The notes below the pieces were generated by a model. The model ran no database searches. It was not told where the DNA came from and saw nothing but the letters and a program-made list of their open reading frames with translations. From Clostridiales bacterium (GTDB taxonomy: Bacteria > Bacillota > Clostridia > Christensenellales > DTU072), in assembly GCA_012838805.1 (NCBI GenBank), contig DUON01000015.1:872-64871 (forward strand): a stretch of 64,000 nucleotides of DNA. Direction: 5' to 3'. Positions 61,302-64,000 of this stretch are shown here, piece by piece (within the stretch, counting starts at the first letter, position 1; each line of letters opens with the position of its first letter). The position numbers were made by a program, and so were the translations under genes.

Positions 61302-64000
61302 TTACAAAGTCTCTATATCCGTGACATTGTCCATGAATATGTTCTCCAGTAGGATATCATAATGCGCTACGCTAAGAGACGCTAATCCCGTATTGTTAGC
61401 ATAGAAAGAACAATTTATGGCAGTAAACAAGGACATCTGCAAGTAAACCCCATGTCCTCTCGTAAACTCAAACCTTGAGCCTTCGATATGCGTATTGCCT
61501 TTGTTCGCCATCAATGCCGCATAGTTGTTACTGTTGAATCTGCTGTTTACGACCTCAAGAGTCTGCCCTCCGTCCATATAGACCCCGATTGAGAACCCTT
61601 CGATATAGGTTCTATCCAGCCTCAAAAGTCCCGCAAACATCGGAGCAGTGACTATGGCTCGTGCGTTTTGGGCTTCAGACATACCGCCGGGAGCAAGGAT
61701 TTCCTCATTCTTAAAGTAACTTCTCTTAATCTCAACCGAGGACGCGTTTCTATTCACATAGACGGAAGTATGGTTGGCATCTCCATTGAATCTTATGATA
61801 TCAATGGTTACCGCGCCCCTTTCTATTCTTATCGAATTGAATACGGTGGCAATATTTTGGCTGTTGTCTTTTACTTCGTTCATGGTTTTGTCATGCATAT
61901 CTTCAATGGACGAAAAGTCGCCGTATTCTGCGGATGTGTCATAACTTCCTATCAAGGTGATGCCCACATTTTTATCCACCACAAAGTCGCCATAGAAGCC
62001 GGGTGCAAGATACCAAACCTGGGTATCGCCCTCTTGCATAAGTCCGTATCTTTGATGAAGCTCTTCCTCGTCGTGAATGATTATGGCGTCTTGCACAGCT
62101 TTATTGATTCTGTATATGCCGTTTATCGCCGTAATGTTATAATTTCCAAAAAGCACGGGATCAAGGTTTATTACATCGTCTTCGGGTCTTTCGGCGTTCA
62201 GATAATACACCTTGTCACTGTCAAAGGTCTGTTTGAAGCCTACAAAACGGATGGGATATTCTCCGACCATATGCCTTGAGGTCACTTCGCTTTCGCACAC
62301 AAGATATCCAAACATAGAGGGCAGGTCGTCTCCCACTATGCCATAAAGCGAAATACTTGAGGCGAAATCTCTTACTTCCTGTAAATAATCGCTTTCAACC
62401 GTTCCCACCTCAATGCTCATTTCTTTAGGCAGAATATTTATGGTCTGCGCCTCAACCGTCCATGAGGGATAGTTGTTTCCGCCTTGAACAACGGCTGAGA
62501 AGGTGTATTGTCCAGCGTTTCTGATATAGTCCACAGGCTCGCCGTCTTTCCAGAACTTATACTCTATGGTGACGCCGGCAGGAAGATTTCCATTGGCGTC
62601 GTGCAAGCCCTCGCACCTTGGAAGAATGGGCTTGCCGGTATATGTCATCCAATTGGCGAAGTTCTGGTTTATCTGCGCCCTTCTGATACTTATTGTTATG
62701 ACCACTTCCTCGCCTTCTTTCATGACATAATTGGGGTTGGTTTCAGGAGGAATGGTCAGGGTTATTTCATAAGTGCCCGCCTCTCTTGGTCTGGTCTCAA
62801 TAATCATGTCGTTGTTTTCCATGTCCACATACCAGAACTCAAAAGCATAATCTATTTCCATAACGGTGTCGCCCGGAATTATTCTATTGTCCCACGCCAT
62901 AGCCTTGGCAGCGGTCAGGATTGCCTGCCTTTGCTCATAAGAAGTATCGGGGTAATGGTATTCGGGGAAGAAAGTAAGTATGACATCGTCAAGTATGGCG
63001 TTCATCTTTTGCAAAGCATAGATATTAGAGAAAATAGTCTGCATAAGATTATCAAACGCCCTTGCCTTTGCCTGCTCTAAGGTGAAATTGGCGTTTTCCC
63101 TCATGGCATAATCCAAAAGTGCGTTTTTGTCGTTTAAGGTTTCAGGCCAATTGGGTATCTTGACTTCGGGAAGTCCGGATATCTCGGGCATATGGATTTT
63201 GCCGTCATAGATATAGCTTCTTTCGATCACCCTGTCATCGGGAGAGATTTGGTTCCAAACAATGGATTTGACCTCGATTAAGACCAGCGCCTTTTGTTCG
63301 GCGTCATATTCGTCATAGAGCGGGAAGTACATATTGATAGCACTTTGAAGCGTATTGGCAAGCATTTGTTGAGCAGACGAATAAACGATAGACTCCAAGT
63401 GGTCGTACGCCATTGCCTTAACCTGCATAATAAAGAAATCTTTTTCTTCTCCCGCCAAGCTTTGATTTAGTATTAGCATATATTCTGCGTTGAGGATATC
63501 CATTTTTTCTTCGACGGAAAGCGGCCAGCCGGATATAAGCGGATAATCCCTTAAGCCCGTGGGTATAATCTCGTCCCAAACGGTTGCTTTGGTTTCTATT
63601 ATGATAAAAGATTTCATGCTATCCGACATTGAATCAAAATTGGGATAGTTCTCATAAATCAAAGTCTGAACTCTATTGTCAATAATATCTTGAATAAAGG
63701 CTTCCATGATTTCATAGAGGTTGTCTAAAGCCTGAGTCTTAACCAATTCCTCGTCCTCGTTCTCTCCGTTTTCATAAAGCTGGTCTTTTGCAATATCCAA
63801 TAGCTCGTCTTTTTTCGCTTGGGACAGCGGCCAATGGTCTACAAGGGGTCTTTCCTCAAAGCCTGTCGGCAAAATCTCCGTCCAAATAATAGCCTTTGCG
63901 GATACCAATATAGCTGCTTGTTCTTGCGGGGAACTGTTTTCATAATTGGGGAACTGCTCTTCAAGTACCTGTTCAAGCTTCCAATCCAGAAGCTCCTTCC
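61302..64000 (-). CDS. Large surface/secreted protein (C-terminal part): ~110-aa tandem repeats, MBG-like modules and a C-terminal right-handed beta-helix; the 5' end lies beyond the window
   Basis: The ORF-track Met at 63908 is an internal TTG, and the frame stays open to 64000 (..EQFPNYENSSPQEQAAILVSAKAIIW..). MBG-like strings are present (GEYPIRFVGF..., NYNITAINGIYRINKA). Beta-helix-type repeats appear in VNSRFNSNNYAALMANKGNTHIEGSRFEFTRGHGVYL...INCSFYANNTG. Confidence 0.8.
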   Translation of the reverse strand, partial: KELLDWKLEQVLEEQFPNYENSSPQEQAAILVSAKAIIWTEILPTGFEERPLVDHWPLSQAKKDELLDIAKDQLYENGENEDEELVKTQALDNLYEIMEAFIQDIIDNRVQTLIYENYPNFDSMSDSMKSFIIIETKATVWDEIIPTGLRDYPLISGWPLSVEEKMDILNAEYMLILNQSLAGEEKDFFIMQVKAMAYDHLESIVYSSAQQMLANTLQSAINMYFPLYDEYDAEQKALVLIEVKSIVWNQISPDDRVIERSYIYDGKIHMPEISGLPEVKIPNWPETLNDKNALLDYAMRENANFTLEQAKARAFDNLMQTIFSNIYALQKMNAILDDVILTFFPEYHYPDTSYEQRQAILTAAKAMAWDNRIIPGDTVMEIDYAFEFWYVDMENNDMIIETRPREAGTYEITLTIPPETNPNYVMKEGEEVVITISIRRAQINQNFANWMTYTGKPILPRCEGLHDANGNLPAGVTIEYKFWKDGEPVDYIRNAGQYTFSAVVQGGNNYPSWTVEAQTINILPKEMSIEVGTVESDYLQEVRDFASSISLYGIVGDDLPSMFGYLVCESEVTSRHMVGEYPIRFVGFKQTFDSDKVYYLNAERPEDDVINLDPVLFGNYNITAINGIYRINKAVQDAIIIHDEEELHQRYGLMQEGDTQVWYLAPGFYGDFVVDKNVGITLIGSYDTSAEYGDFSSIEDMHDKTMNEVKDNSQNIATVFNSIRIERGAVTIDIIRFNGDANHTSVYVNRNASSVEIKRSYFKNEEILAPGGMSEAQNARAIVTAPMFAGLLRLDRTYIEGFSIGVYMDGGQTLEVVNSRFNSNNYAALMANKGNTHIEGSRFEFTRGHGVYLQMSLFTAINCSFYANNTGLASLSVAHYDILLENIFMDNVTDIETL

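Noticed and set aside
591-63080. Many long antisense or overlapping ORFs in the track (for example 591..1211+, 5097..5675+, 15565..16047+, 29829..30446+, 40247..40855+, 50444..51286+, 55739..56317+, 57488..58051+, 61668..62279+, 62508..63080+)
   Set aside because: Each lies inside a strongly supported gene on the opposite strand or in another frame. Their translations are low-complexity (Ser/Leu/Phe/Ile-rich or Arg/His-rich) and lack SD sequences. I treat them as shadow ORFs.

Overview
The window looks like a chromosomal segment from an AT-rich, endospore-forming Bacillota. I infer a Clostridia-like anaerobe from spoIIE, a gerA-type germinant receptor, yyaC, a glycyl-radical enzyme with its activase, and a dockerin module. 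I support about 46 protein genes and one tRNA-Ala(GGC). I saw no rRNA, CRISPR array, transposase, integrase or prophage. Coding density is very high. From about 32.7 kb to the window end every gene is on the minus strand, and many stop/start pairs overlap or lie 2-14 nt apart. Housekeeping genes: argS, recF, metA, metY-like, smpB, secG, ftsH, cca, hpt, tilS, lepB, a P-type Ca2+ ATPase and cvpA. Sporulation and germination genes: gerA-type A/C/B subunits, yyaC and spoIIE. Carbohydrate genes: GH31, GH20 and a polysaccharide deacetylase. Five loci seem most worth follow-up. (1) A GntR-controlled glycyl-radical-enzyme operon carries two flavoproteins, an exported glycerophosphodiesterase and an atypical MFS carrier, and it resembles no characterised GRE locus that I can recall. 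(2) A 2317-aa secreted M6-metalloprotease / RCC1-propeller / Ig-array protein ends in a dockerin and is translationally coupled to a lipoprotein with a cohesin-like C-terminal half. It is preceded by a second large beta-helix surface protein. (3) A 1119-aa Rad50/SbcC-like coiled-coil protein keeps its CxxC zinc hook but has lost Walker A, the signature motif and Walker B. It is divergently paired with a DnaD/DnaB-type protein that ends in a helicase-loader-like zinc ribbon without an AAA+ module. (4) The only long non-coding stretch (7145..7883, next to the tRNA) contains a near-consensus orphan promoter, two ATGA-overlapping mini-ORFs and three 11-bp boxes with exact 20-bp phasing. (5) A 727-aa acidic repeat protein with an N-terminal membrane anchor lies immediately downstream of cvpA. 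All calls come from reading the sequence and the ORF translations; no database search was run.
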